Source of the DNA: Trichoplax adhaerens
Taxonomy: Eukaryota; Animalia; Placozoa
Assembly (NCBI RefSeq): GCF_000150275.1
Contig: NW_002060949.1
Span: forward strand, 3,540,449-3,604,448
Reading direction: 5' to 3'
Length of the DNA stretch: 64,000 nt
Shown: piece after piece, positions 1 through 17,300 of the stretch
Layout: each line of letters starts with the position of its first letter
Position numbering within the stretch: position 1 is the stretch's first letter
Notes under the pieces: model-generated
The model's input: the letters and a program-made list of their open reading frames with translations, nothing else
Databases searched by the model: none
Told to the model about the DNA's origin: nothing
Translations under genes and position numbers: made by a program

Positions 1-1224
1 TGTATGACATAAGAATCTTACTTATCCAATTTTCATGATAAAAGAGACAAGTGCATCCAGGATCTATAACAATGATGATCTGCATCCTTTGTAGAGACTG
101 TAAAGAGAGGATAGAATTTATATTCCAAGATCCAAATTGATTTCATTTTGATTTAGAAGATCAACATAAATCCCCGGAGATCGGATATTAGTACTGGATA
201 ATATTATCCTCAGTAATTGAATTACACTAGAATGGAGATATTTTTTCAATTTAAAAGTTATTCTTTTCCTCCTTTTCAAGCTCTATAATACAATCTACTA
301 ATAGACTTGTTCTTTAAAACTTATATTTTTACAGCTTTTTTCTTAATCAAGACATCGTATTTTATTTTGTCATTAATGACTGGAAAAGTAAACGAGATAT
401 TAAAGAGATATTGAATTAGTCAATGCAATTTATCCAATCGTTAGGACAAAAAATATTAAATTTGATCCACTTGATAAATCATCAATATCATTGATGATGG
501 ACTGAAATTTTATCTTGATGAAATCAAGCAACAAGAAATTCCATCGTTCTAGTTATTTGTGAAAGTCTGTTTTCATCGGAATCTATAGAATAATTACAGG
601 AAAAAAACTATAGTGATAATCTATTATGATCAAGATTGAATGACTACGAGTATACGTTATATTGGACGGTATTAATCATTGCAAAAACAACCGGATATTC
701 TGTTTAAGCTGTAATTAAATAATCATTTGTTCCTTCTTTTCTTCATTGACTATTATCCCATCATTTTTATTTTCTTTTTTTAAAGTATTGTTTGCCTTTT
801 ATTCTTTTCTCTTAATAAATTGAATTGTGTTTTAAATTAAATTAATTTCTCTTTTTTTGTCTGTAACGTTTGTTAAATTATTCATATATAGAAGTAATCG
901 AATTGAAATCAATGAAGCTGATTGTGCGTTATAGGCCTTCTTGTTAAGTTTATCATCAGTCATGGCAAATATTCATTTGATTTCTCGATACCTATTTCTA
1001 TTTTCTACCCTATTCGTCGACAATGTCAATAACCATATGATCAAAGTATTCTTTCCTGTTCTCTATCATCCCCAATTTGAATGTACAACATGTTACCACT
1101 CCATCTATTTTTTCTCCGCCTCTATAAAAATTAATTTAACTAATTGAAAATAGATATTACAAACGATTAGTGTTAAAATTAAATAATCAATTTCTTATAA
1201 ATCAATCTTTTCAACCCCCAACAG

Positions 1225-4200
1225 GTGACTATGGTGGACAAAGAAGGAGCTACTCGTGCATGCAAGGATACAAATCCAATTATTGATGGTCGTAAAGCTA
1301 ACGTTAATTTAGCTTACCTTGGCGCTAAACAACGTCCTAATGGCAACGGTTATTATCAAAATGGAACAGTACCAAATCATGTTAATATGAATAATAATTA
1401 TAACCAAGGTAAGTTGGATTAATTCTCAACCGTTATTAGCTGTCATTCAATATGGTAGTTTAATACAAAAAGTATAAAACTGATGCATTAGATCTACTTT
1501 AATTTGGATACTTGAGCTGGGCTTCCTTGATTGCCTTTTTTAATCGTAACATGGAAGCAGATTGATTACTACGGTACTAACGATGATAGAATAAGATATC
1601 AACCATATTAACATGGAAGTAGATTGACTGATTGATTAATGTAGTACCAACGATGATAGAATAAGATATTAGCTATGTTAACATGGAAGTAGATTGACTA
1701 ATGTACGGGACGATAGAATAGAATATCAGCCATGTCAACATAGAAATAGATTGCCGAAATTTTCAAAAGATAAAATAACCCAAACACGGACATTAAGAGT
1801 TATTTCTATATGTATATGTAATATATTGTCAGAGCACCATCGTGATGGAAATAGAGAACACACATTAACAAGTCAGAATAGATCAGCTATTGAAACAACG
1901 TTGTCGTAATTTATTATCCTTTCGTGCATCTACTGATTCCTATTTAAGGTAGAATGCAGTCACGAAAGTAGTGCTTCATATCCAATGAGAGTAGTAATAA
2001 TAATATAGAAAAGAAAGTAATGGATTTATGCCATCCTTACAGCGATGAAGAAAGATAGCGTTTTCAACCGTTTACTAAAACTTTCAAACAAATATTAAAT
2101 GATTCATTCAGTTATAATTATAATTAATTAGTAGCTATAGCTTTAAAAGAATTAGTTAGAATATTTTAAAAACTGAAAGAATTACAGTATAAAATGGTAC
2201 AAGAATCCAGTAATAAGGTAGATAATTGAATTATAGCCTATTTCACAAGTATAAAAAAAATTACTAAACCTATATTTACAAAGTAGTAAAGTTTTTTACT
2301 TTATATTGGACTTCCTCAAAAGATTGTTGATATTGCACTCATTAACCTTTGGTAGTAGAATCTAGCAGTATATTAATAATTATGTAACGTATTCCGATAT
2401 TATTATAAATTATATACTGTAGAATAAAGTAACACTTACTGGGATATTTAAAATACAATCTAACTTAATTAAATTAACTACATTAGAAGAATAATTTTTA
2501 AACAATTGAACTCACATACTGCAGCAGACTGTAAGACCATATTGCGATGTTGAATCTTGATCAAAAGAACAACTATACACTTTTCATACATAAAGTTCTA
2601 TTAGTAGAGGGAGGAGATTTCTAAGTGATATCATCAAGTTTATGCCTATCTTTTATAATTCGTTAAAGTTTTGTGTCGTTATTACGTGATATATTGTAGA
2701 ACCATTTACGTACTCTACATAAGTAGTTATTAAAACGCAATTAGTTCTAACTTATTTAATGCTAATAATATTTTTTATAAATTAAAAACTTATATTACTA
2801 ATTCCGTATGATAGATATTGATATTTCATGCCCGTTATTTTTATGGTTCTATAAGATATGATTTATTTCCAAGTTGAATTATTCTATTGTACGGTTCACA
2901 CATATAATAGAAGAAAAGCGTCTCTGATATTGACATAATACTGAATATATGTTTCATTTTCAAAGTATTTGATGTATTGAGGTTATCCTAGGGCAGAAAT
3001 ATCACTGCGTATTTCGATATGACTTAAATAGAAATATAGTTTTAACTTCATAGCTTGGAACTTGATCGAAATTTTGAAATAATTATAGTTGGTACGCGGG
3101 CCTATTCAAATATATTCTAAATTAGAGATGGGTACCGATATTAAATATAAACTAAATAAAGTAGATTTCCGTAATTAATTCTTTCTGTAGTATCGAGATC
3201 AAACCATCTAAGCTCTCTATTCCAGTTGCTGCAACTCATATCATGCACGATGTGCATTTTAATCATCAATAGCTATATAATTTAAAAACGTTAGTAATTT
3301 GCATCAGTAATGCTATATGCGCATTATATTATCGATTGCTATATAATTCATCAACGTTAGTAATTCATATCCGTCATCTATTTCAATGCTATAGCTACGA
3401 CCAGAATTGTTCAAAGCAGTAATAAATCTGGTGTAATAACAACAACGAGTGGTTCTAATTACCAATCGACATCACAAAATCAACATTTCGGGTAAGTAGG
3501 CATACTATTCTACTCATAATTACATATATTATCTTTGAAATGCCACGTAATTTTCCAATGTCACGTCAATTGATCATACGCAGCTTATCATCAAGTTAAA
3601 CATTTCATGATATATTTACCATAATAAATTTAATATAAACATTTTATAAATCTAACTATAATTGTATTATTCAAAGAACGTTATTATATTTTCTACTAAT
3701 AGTTTTTATGTTTATTTGAACATGTCATCGCAATAGACATTTCATACGATAACTTTGCCACAGTATTTTTTATATTAGTATAGTGAAATGCAAGAAATAT
3801 CCTTTACTATCATTGGAGAAAGTCATAAAAATTAACAAAAGAGTAAATGATTTAATGACGTTATTCAACATTATCACTTAAACCCATTGATAAAATACTG
3901 TATGAGTAAGTATTTTAGCATACTAAATCAAATTATCAGATTAGATTAATAGAGTGATAAAAAGTGCATAAATTGGTTAGTATAGATTTAGATTGATTTT
4001 CTAAGCTATTGTAACCTGGAAACAATCATTTCAGTTGAATAAGGATGCTCCAATCTAATTTATTAACAGTGCATATATCACTATCACGATTTTATACATT
4101 AACTTAAAAAGCCTAATTAATTAATAATTTCTTGGAAGTTCGAATAGACAATAATTGAATTAATTTTAACCTCTGACGTCGAAATCCGCCTTAATTTAAT

Positions 4201-6035
4201 CAATTCTCTACGCTGTTTTTATCTCTTATCAATCAACTTTAGTAGCAGTTAAGATTTTAGGCGCGCAAGTTTAGAATAGTAACAATTTACATTTATAGCA
4301 TTAGAAGCAATACTATGATCGTATATGCGCTCATTTATTTATACTTTTCCCAAATTGATATGGTAGATTAATTTCAGTATCAATAGAAATAAATTATTAC
4401 CCGGAGTTTAGAATAAGAAAAAAATGTTTTTAAATACTAACAATAATTAATTAAAAAATTGCCTAAGTAGAAGTAATCAACACAGCTATTATTTGATGTC
4501 TAATTTTTCTTAGTCAAAATGTCGACATAAATTAAGGCGATAAGAAGAAAAATAAACAGCATATTCTTTTTATTACAATCATTTCTTTCTATTACCTGAT
4601 TAGATATTGTACATAATAATACGTAATTTGACTAAGCCGCAAATATTATCAATTGAACGACGTGGTGATAAACAGCAGCATATAATATACATAATTTATT
4701 ATAGAATTTATTTGTAATGTATTACTGCGTGTTTTTCCTAAAGTTTGTCAGCTATCACTTTTGTTTTTATTACAATTACAATAGAAATAACCAATGACAG
4801 TATTAACCGGACAATAATTTAAACATTAGTGAAAAATTGTAAACTAATGACGTTATCTTAATTTTTTCAATATTTTTTTTGGACGCAATTACGTCATTGG
4901 AGTTTGGCGAGATCATTTTACTACATTATAAAAAGCGGAAGTAATGATAAATAACTCATTTTTCTTTTAAAACCATCATTAAAGAAGAGATAGAAATACA
5001 ATATCATTTCTTTTATAGCTAATAGAATGCAAGGAATAATGTATCGGACTATATTACTTTCAATTATTATCAAGGAACTTCCTTCAGTTATCTATAGCTT
5101 TTTATATAAAAAATATTGATGGAAGCTGGAGTATATGATAATAAATGAATGAAATATTGAATGTTAATTCATTTTCGCTGTACCTGATTGAGTATAAATA
5201 AAATTCTAACCTACAGCACTACGACTCGTTATCACAAATAGCTTTCATTTATGCGCAAGTATTCAACATACATGTTAGTCTTTATACATTTACCTGTAGC
5301 TATACTCATATTTTTATCTTGACATACTGTGTATACTTACGTAGACTTCATTTATTCAATCTAAAATCGGTAAATGCATACAACTACAGAATTAGATTTG
5401 TCCTAGCATATTTATGGAATTTAATTCTTTCTAATTGAAGATAATAATCTGAGTAGCATATATGCAATGTTATATCTGCTTGTCCTTTAAGATCTGTTGT
5501 TTTTCGTAACCATATCAATCGATTTTATTTATAGCTACGTTCAATTTTTATATTACTAAATCAGATTTATCAGCGTAATATACTAAATCAATCTAATTCT
5601 GTATTTATATTAATTCCTTTCTTAAATATGTGCTATTGTATTATGTATTATAGAAGGATTCAGCAGCAATATGCAACTGTATATCAACAACAATATTATA
5701 TCCAACCAGTTCCTCATGCGCATCAAGCTATGGTAACATATGCAACAACACCTTTAGCTCCAATACAACAGCAGCAACAGCAGTCAGTTTCACCAACTTA
5801 TTATGATTACATTCCTTATTCACCTACTACTCAACAAGTTTCATCTCCACCTTTTATTAATAGCAACGGCAATCGTATTTTCTTCGATCAATTGCCGTAT
5901 TATAATCAACAATCACCCATCATGGGGCAACAAGTATTTCAACAGCCGACCTTTTTACCTCAGCAACAAATGCTAGTTGCTTCGGCTACAACACCAACTC
6001 AATTTCAACCTCAACCGGTTGATAGAATCATGTAA
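1225..6035 (+). CDS. RBM24: RNA-binding protein RBM24/RBM38 (SEB-4/SUP-12) family, 5'-partial; first RRM exon presumably lies upstream of the window
   Basis: Exon 1225-1408 (cag|GTG...G|gtaag) encodes [35 protein letters not shown], the C-terminal half of the RBM24/38 RRM. It is followed by a phase-compatible exon 3395-3491 (ag|CT...GG|gtaag) and a final Q/P/Y-rich exon 5654-6035 ending QPVDRIM*. Confidence 0.88.
1548..1753. repeat. Intronic minisatellite, about 3.3 copies of a ~60-70 bp unit
   Basis: The unit taacatggaag(c/t)agattga...gatagaata(a/g)...atat recurs at about 1548, 1609 and 1679, with a partial copy at 1736. Confidence 0.85.
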
Positions 6036-8702
6036 TCGACGGCATCTTAAAGTTAATAGGAGAAGAAAATGAAAGAGAAAGCTAAAATAATACTTAAAGC
6101 CAAGTAGACTTAAAAAAATAACGTTGAAACTTTAATAATTACAATTATTATACTGTGATAATGATATATCCAACGATTTGATAGCTAAAAATTGAAACAA
6201 TTTTCGAATTTCTGAACATTCAATGTTTTGATGGTATTCCATTTTTTCGGCATCAAAACAAATTAAAGGAAAAAGTCATTTATTACCGTTGACGATTTAA
6301 TAACTTTTCATATCTATATGGCTTCAGAAGTATAACTTTTTCCATACCCTATTCCGTCTAAACTTTGACATAAGCTTAGATGAATACATTGCAAAAGAAC
6401 ATTTCGATCAAGTTTAGCTTTTTAAAATTTTTAACCAATTTTCGTAACTTCGCTATTTAACCCATTTATATTGCTTGATTTGCATTATTGAATTAGAAAA
6501 AGTATCAAGTATCACCCCCACGACAACAACATGAGAATGGCAAAACCTTGTGGATAAATCTCAATTCATCCATATTTGTTTACTATCAATGTTTCAGAAA
6601 ATGCGGATAAAGGATATATGAAATCAAGTTACTAATAATTTAGCAACTAACTTTATTGATATTATTATTGCTCCTTTCTAATATAGAATCCATTCGATAA
6701 TATTCTACAGTAAATTAACCTATAAATAGCTGGATTTAACTTGTACTATTACACATAACATCTTTTCGCAAGCTTAATAATAATATCATACCTTTAATTT
6801 GCCAGCTACATTTAGACTTTATTCTACTCGTTTAACGCTTATTTCTATATTCAAGTAATACAATGAAAGATTATTGTAGTAATAACTAGTAATATTTAGC
6901 TCTGATAATTTCAATATATGAGATGGATACATAAAGATGTTCATTGATGTAAAGCAAGACTAATGGAATAACAGGCAACTCTTGTTGTAATCAAATTGGA
7001 TGTTAAAATTATGATCTCATTTAACTGCTAGTAACTTTCCGTAAATATCACCCTTCTACACTTAGCCTATGTTTAACGAAGGAGTTGATAATTGCTAAAA
7101 TAATACTACAGTAGTGCATCACAAAATAACAATTATAATTAGTTTCCATGTAAAGGTAATTATCTAAGTCTATCTATCATACTATATTGCTATCTAGGCT
7201 ATTTTGCTTTAATGCTTGCTATGCACACGTATTAATTATTCATCAAAGATTCATATTTTGCTGCTTACTTACGATACTCTCCACCTTTAATATATAGTTT
7301 TACAACTGTAACGCTTACTAATTCATTCTTTCATAAGTTATTAATTCATTTACTTCCAATTAATTAATTGTATCTGTGACATAATTACCCAAGTTGACTA
7401 GCCTAGATGGTATTACAGAAGATCTCATTAAATTAAATTTATATAAATATATATATCTCGCATCATATATTAGAAGGTAGATTGTTGTAATACTAATCAC
7501 CTGCAGTAAGTAGAAGCAGGGTTCTTGTTTAATCATGGCCTCATGATTAAAGAAGTGGCTTATCTTGATACGTATTTATAATAGTTAACGTGCAAAAGCG
7601 TTATTCATAGCTATACATTGCCCCATCCCCTGCAAGAAACTCATGTTACTCATCATGTTACTTCATCATGATATGGATATATATATATATATTGTAACGA
7701 AGACAGCGATACTACTTTAATACATTAAATTTAAATCAGTTGTCATTTTCTAATATAACATTTATTCGCTTAACTATGTAGATTCATTTGAGCAGCTATT
7801 TAATTACGGTAATACGGTATTATTTAGATATGCGCTGTTCTATTACTACTACTAATTACTTCATTAAATATTAATTTATTGACGATAATTGGTATAAACT
7901 GTATGTATTCTACAGTTGCCTTTATCTACAATATATTTGATGTTATGATATAATTTATGCAATTTCATTGATACTTATAACCGGCCTTTACAACATCTTT
8001 TGACACTGAATATTAAGACAGAGAAAAATGTATTCCTTCTTGCCAATATGGTATAGGTTATAATTATAGGTTTTCTCTCAAACCGATGAGAAAGCTATAC
8101 ATCAAAGATGAAAATAACAATAAAATGGAAATCTTTAACGAAATTATGGTCGATTATTTGTATGTTTATGTGTAAAACTGCATCAATATAGTATAAAACC
8201 AATGTTTTAAATTTGTCTAGTTATCAACTGCTTAAGGTAGAGTAGAATAGTTTAATATTGTAAAATCCAAAGAGTTCGTGAATAATTGATAAGATTAATA
8301 GAAGCTCTATCTATAAACTCGTAAATACATACGAATGTTAAAATGTTTCAGTAAATTGTAACATACAATAACGTTAAATTACTGTCAGGTAGATTTCTAA
8401 ATGATCATAACAAGAAATCATGACAGTATAATTGCTTGCATCCTTTCTATGATAGTCCATTTTCATATACGAGTATTCAGAGAAAATTATAACTTTCTGC
8501 AGTATTTTAAACCATTTAAAATAAGTATATAATCACTAATTGATAAATTGATTGGGAATTTCGATTTATTTATACTTAAAGTCTTCTTTGTGAGGCTAAA
8601 GCTTACTTATGTCTATAGGTACAATATTAAATACGATAGTTAAAACACGTAGTTGCACGTATTTGCTTTTAGTTTCATTCCCGCAGGAAAAAATGTTCGC
8701 CC

Positions 8703-11934
<3,232 letters not shown>

Positions 11935-14167
11935 GATTGGTTTATCTAGTACAAGAACCACTATTTAATAATACAGCATACGATCTTCACCACTGGATTG
12001 AACTCATGACCATGATATAACCCTTAAAATAAGGATGTTCGTCAAGTACGTTGCTGACGACACTTTAATGGATTCTAATGCCTTTTAATGTTGTACAGAA
12101 CAGTCGCATGTGACAAAAGGGTCCTTCAACAGAGGTTAGATTATTATGATTTGAAGCGAATTCTTGCTAGCGTGGTGCTCGTAGGATAGTTATTGGAGTG
12201 ATTCCAGTAGTCGTATGATTGATGATCCTTTGGTAATGATCAAAGTCTTTAAATTGTGTGGCTGTTTGACAAAGGAAGCTTTCTATAAGGCAGTTAGTTT
12301 ACTATGATTTGAGATGAATGTTGGCCAATATTGTAAATTAGATTGGAAGTAATTTTCGCCATAGAAATTTGGTGCACGTAGTCATATGATGAATGATACT
12401 TTAGCAGCTATTTGACCAATAAGCCTCTACTGCTGTACACGCGGACAGACTCTTGCAAAATGTGCGTACTCGCATAGCCAGTTTACTGTGATTTGATATG
12501 GATTCCGACTAGTGTCGTAGACTGATAATTATAATCGAATTGATTTACTTGGTAGATAGTGCAATAAGCTTTCAAGTTCGTGAAGTTTAGCGATCTAGTC
12601 AGATTGGCAATTGCATGTTAGTATTTGCTCAAGATATCGAATAATGACTGGCAATGATGATGATTTGGTTTAAAAATGGAAGGCAATTCAAACGTCAATA
12701 TCTCTTAATCCCTTCAAAGGGTGAATTTTTGTCCTTTTTTCATGGCAGCCATCAGTGTAGGATCTACTGTGGGTATGTCCAGTATATTTATGATATGCTT
12801 GGCAATGTAGCCGTGGTGAAATTAGATACTTTCAAGCGATTGTATTATAAGCTGATTGATGGATTTTATTCATTCATTCATTATCACTGCCAATATAGAC
12901 GTGTTATCCCACATAACCATGGACAAGCGTCTGATCGGTTCATGAATTAAGCGAAAAATAAATGGAAACTCTTCCTTTCGAGTGATGCAGTGGAATCAAG
13001 GGGGGGGGGGAGACGATATTTTCAGCACCGTTGTCAGTAGAGATAGCAATCAGAGATTTTTTATGGGCTGTATCTAGTAGCAACCATAGTGGTAGCTGGC
13101 TACTAAAAGGAGATCAATCGTCGAGATTGTGAGTAGAGTTGTCTCTTTGAGGTTCAAGCTTGAGGTTTATGCAAGGCATTCAAGGGATGGAATTCGATTG
13201 TGGGCGCTATCGTAAAGACTTTACAAGCTGGATACTAGTAACGAGTCCTTTGCTTTGGCTAACTGATGCTATCGAACTCCAACCTTAATTTTAATTTGAA
13301 GGACTTGTTCTCAATTTCAACAGACTATGGACTTTACGGAGTACGGCGAGGAGCGAAACTGCTCGGTAGAATGTATAGTACAGTAGTATAGTAGACTTGT
13401 CGTCTATGACAGTACTGATTGTACTACTTCTGCACCTGTAGTAACATTTCTAACTTCTTTTTCGAACTTTTAGACAGCAAGAAAGAAATGACACTTCATT
13501 TTGCACAATAACCCTTGGCCAGAACGTCTTCTAGCTATTTAGTTTGCTGGTAGTATTCAAGTTGGAAATTAATGTTAGATCATTTATTCATATCAGCAAA
13601 CATGACAGATACATTGGCTAACTTTTCATCTACCCATTCATACAATCTTTAATATAGCTATAGTGAATTCTAAAGGTACATCAAATAGTGGATAGATATA
13701 TTTAAAAAGGAAAATAAACACCCTCAGGGTCTTTCGATGATTGCAAAGTGCTGGCATGAAACAACTTGGATACTATATTAACTAGGATAAACTACCCAAC
13801 TCTCTAACAAGGATTGATGACTGCCTACACATAAACTGTCATTTCCTTCTTGCTATGATTCAGCTTCAAATAGGAGTAGTTCGTTATTCAAGTAGGCAAA
13901 TTCAAGGGATGACAATTTATTTGCTTACCGCTAGCTGATATCCCTGAGTGGCCATCATTAAAACGTTAACAATTCTTCAAAGTCTACGCTGATAGACACG
14001 ATAGAGTAGTGTTTAAATCAGCACAAACGCCATACAGTCAAAGGTAACTAACGCAAAACCCCATCAATATCAAAGGACAAACTATCACTTTGAGGACTGT
14101 CTTAGAGCGCTGATATAGTCAACCCCAAGAAGAAAAGAAAGCAAATCCGTCCATCCGAACGTATGCC

Positions 14168-14177
14168 ACGCATGCGT
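14168..14177. promoter_or_regulatory. Palindromic ACGCATGCGT (NRF-1-like) element in a locally GC-richer promoter
   Basis: A perfect 10-bp palindrome about 200 bp upstream of the ATG at 14377. It contains the CGCATGCG core of NRF-1 sites. Confidence 0.4.
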
Positions 14178-14376
14178 AATCGATCAAGCTCGCTGCTGCA
14201 ATGCACTCCCCTGGCGAGCCGAGCAAACAAGTTTTTGTTCGATTGAGAATGATTAAACGCCAGCATCGATCATAAGCTATTGGATCCAAGTCTAGGATAA
14301 AAAAACAATTTTCTACCGATCGATTACGACCCGAAAGGAAAAAATTTTATTCTTTGCATCCATCAGGAGTAGCACG

Positions 14377-17300
14377 ATGGCGACATTAATCCAAATTTTT
14401 ATGTACGGATGCTTGATATGTGGCTTAGTGACCGCAGCCATGACGGGGATTACCTTTTGGCTACAGGTGCACGAATTAACACTCTTGATCGTATTATGCA
14501 TCGGATCAGCAATGGTAAGTCATCATTATCAATCCCATCTTTACCTTAGTACAGTAGATAGAATATCATCCATGGACTCTAATATTGATCCAACCCAGTC
14601 AATTTTCCTTCGATTGTATCGTTGTGCAAGCGATGATCTTTCCTTGATAAGGGAGGGATGATTTTGTATGGTTGCGCAGAAAGATCAACATTAATCAAGT
14701 TAGAATGATGACAGTAGAATTAGATAATATTATTATTATTATTATTATTTTTACCCCGGAAAAACGCTATCGCTCCCCCTCTTTCCGCCATTCGCTACGG
14801 GTAGGATCGCGCCTATTCTTGTCCAGAAGCATGCGATCTTTCCTCGTTGATAGGCTATCATGAAGAACGTTGATTGCGTATCCATTTCAGGATACTTTCA
14901 ATTGTAGGAGTAAATAGACCGACTTGACGATGCAGTATAGACTGACTTACTGTATCCGTAGGCCAGTAGGTTGCTTTATCTATCAAAATTTCACCCCTTT
15001 TCCATCCTCGACTTGTCGTACTGTAGCATGATCAAACTCTACGCCGATTGATATCAACATATCGGATATGGAAAGTCCTTACTGATGGACAATCTATCCT
15101 CAACTCCTGGCTTCCCTTTTTTGTCGACACTTGTCAAAAATTCAATGATGAAATTAACGTTCTTTCGCGTGCAGTGGCACATCGATTGATTAGACAAATT
15201 TTTCAATCTCCTTAACGGCGATTACAATTGAGATTCCTGTAGCAATTATAGCAGCTACTGCTTTTACAATCATTCCCAACCCACTCTTTATTCCTTGTCT
15301 GATTCCATTGCATGCCATTGCAATAGACGAAGTAATCAACAACTTCTAATTGATTGTCATCACCATCAGGAGTAGATAGTTTACAGTGCTATTAATACAA
15401 CTCAAGTTAAACTACTGTACTTTACTGTACAGTGTACAGTAGAGATCTTTTGAACGGTTTGAACAAGTCATCGCGCGAACTGATTGCTACAACATTAACC
15501 AATATTATTCCTCTCTTCCATTTCATCCTATTGCAATCTAGACCATGTTAGCCGCATACCAATGGACAAAAATCACAAAATAGCATGCATTGGATTCAAT
15601 TTCAAGTTGGGATCGTATGATCCTCAAGTTGAAAATCAACTTCATCTCTTTTCAATGGTTCGGCTAACGTGTTGCATCAAATTTAAATACATCGTAAAAT
15701 ATCGCTTACTATCGGCTATTTTTTAGATAATACATTCTTACATTAGATACAGAGGTTGATAAAAAAATACTACAGTAGATAACTCATTGTATATTATCAT
15801 CGAGCCATCATCTCATTATTCGCTGTAACTAAAAAAATAACGATTAGTTTAATTAATTAAATGCAACTACTGTATATGAATGTTTTCAGGGCATGTCTAT
15901 TTCTTTTTTTGGTTTTATATCAGTCTACTGTATTATGAGAATCATCGTTCATCTGCTCTTCATGAATGAAGAATGAAAATGACATGTTGCTAACTTGATT
16001 TTAACATGGCGCCTACTTGTACCTAGACTGGCAAATTCACAGCTCAAGTTCTACTAATCAGTTTTACAATTCATCTTAAATAGAAGAAAAAAAAAATCAG
16101 TGAGTTGTTACTATCACGTTGGGTGCCGTTGTAAAAATATTCTTTGTTGTATTGAGAGCGCCCATGTTGAATGCATTATCACTATCCACATTCTCTTACT
16201 TTATTCTACTTTCTTTCGACAATTTCTCATAGCAATATTTCCATGCTATCATTAAGATCCTTCATTTTTTGAAGAATGACCTAAATCATATTCATCAATA
16301 GATCGTATGGATGCACCGATCTTTATCATTGATTATAATCCACAATGGATATATTCAGCACAGCATAAGCTTGCTTCATTTAATCATAATTTCATGCAGA
16401 TTGATGTGGTAGAAGATTGACAATATTTATGTCGAAATACGTAGTGTCTAGTGATCAAGCATTTCGTGGGCAATGGTTCGCCCATAACCCAAGTTTAATA
16501 GCTATCGTCAACGACATTAGCTTTAACAAGATCGATCTTTGAAGGTGGCTCGATGACGCCTTTTGTGTTGAATGAGTTATTACAAATGGAATTTTTCCTA
16601 ATCATGGTCTTGATTATTGAAAGGAATAACTTTTAGTTTCATTTTTTACTGCTAGTATCGACAGTGATTAAAAAAATTAATCCTACCGAAAAATGGAAAA
16701 GTGGTAGGAAAATCGGCATATCCCTTTGATCAATTAATGATTGCTATCGTTTGAATCCCAAATTTATATTGCATATTAAGGTGAAAAAATGACGTCTAGC
16801 GTTTGTATAGTTAAACAAAGAAAATCATTCATCTAAACAGTCGTTATGATGGCAATTTTTTTTTTTCTCATGACGAGAATCAAATTGTATATTCCTCTAA
16901 ATCGATTTTTATGACATTGTAGCTTGTAGCTACAGTATCTTGCTCAATGGACATGCGATGGAGCTAGCATAGATTGATAATAGAGTCTCCGTAGAGTTCT
17001 TTAACTCATCATTATTCTGCTGGTGAAGAAAGGGAAACAACAACAAGTTTAAACAAATAGAAAAATATGTTTAGTCATCAGCTATCAAGTTATGATAATT
17101 AATTAATATACAGTGTAATCCATTATCGTCCAAATTGCAAATTGTGTTACATTGAGTAGAGAGGAACAAATTAAACAATACTGTAATCAGCAATTAGCAT
17201 CTATAAATTGTATCCGGGCTATTCCAGACATATTCTCCACAGCAGTAGTCATGGCCCATTCGTTGCATGTCTTCTAGGCGGCCATAGCTATAGGGCTACA

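Noticed and set aside
12654-12950. 98-aa ORF in the SelO/TM-gene divergent region
   Set aside because: No motif or splice support; likely spurious.
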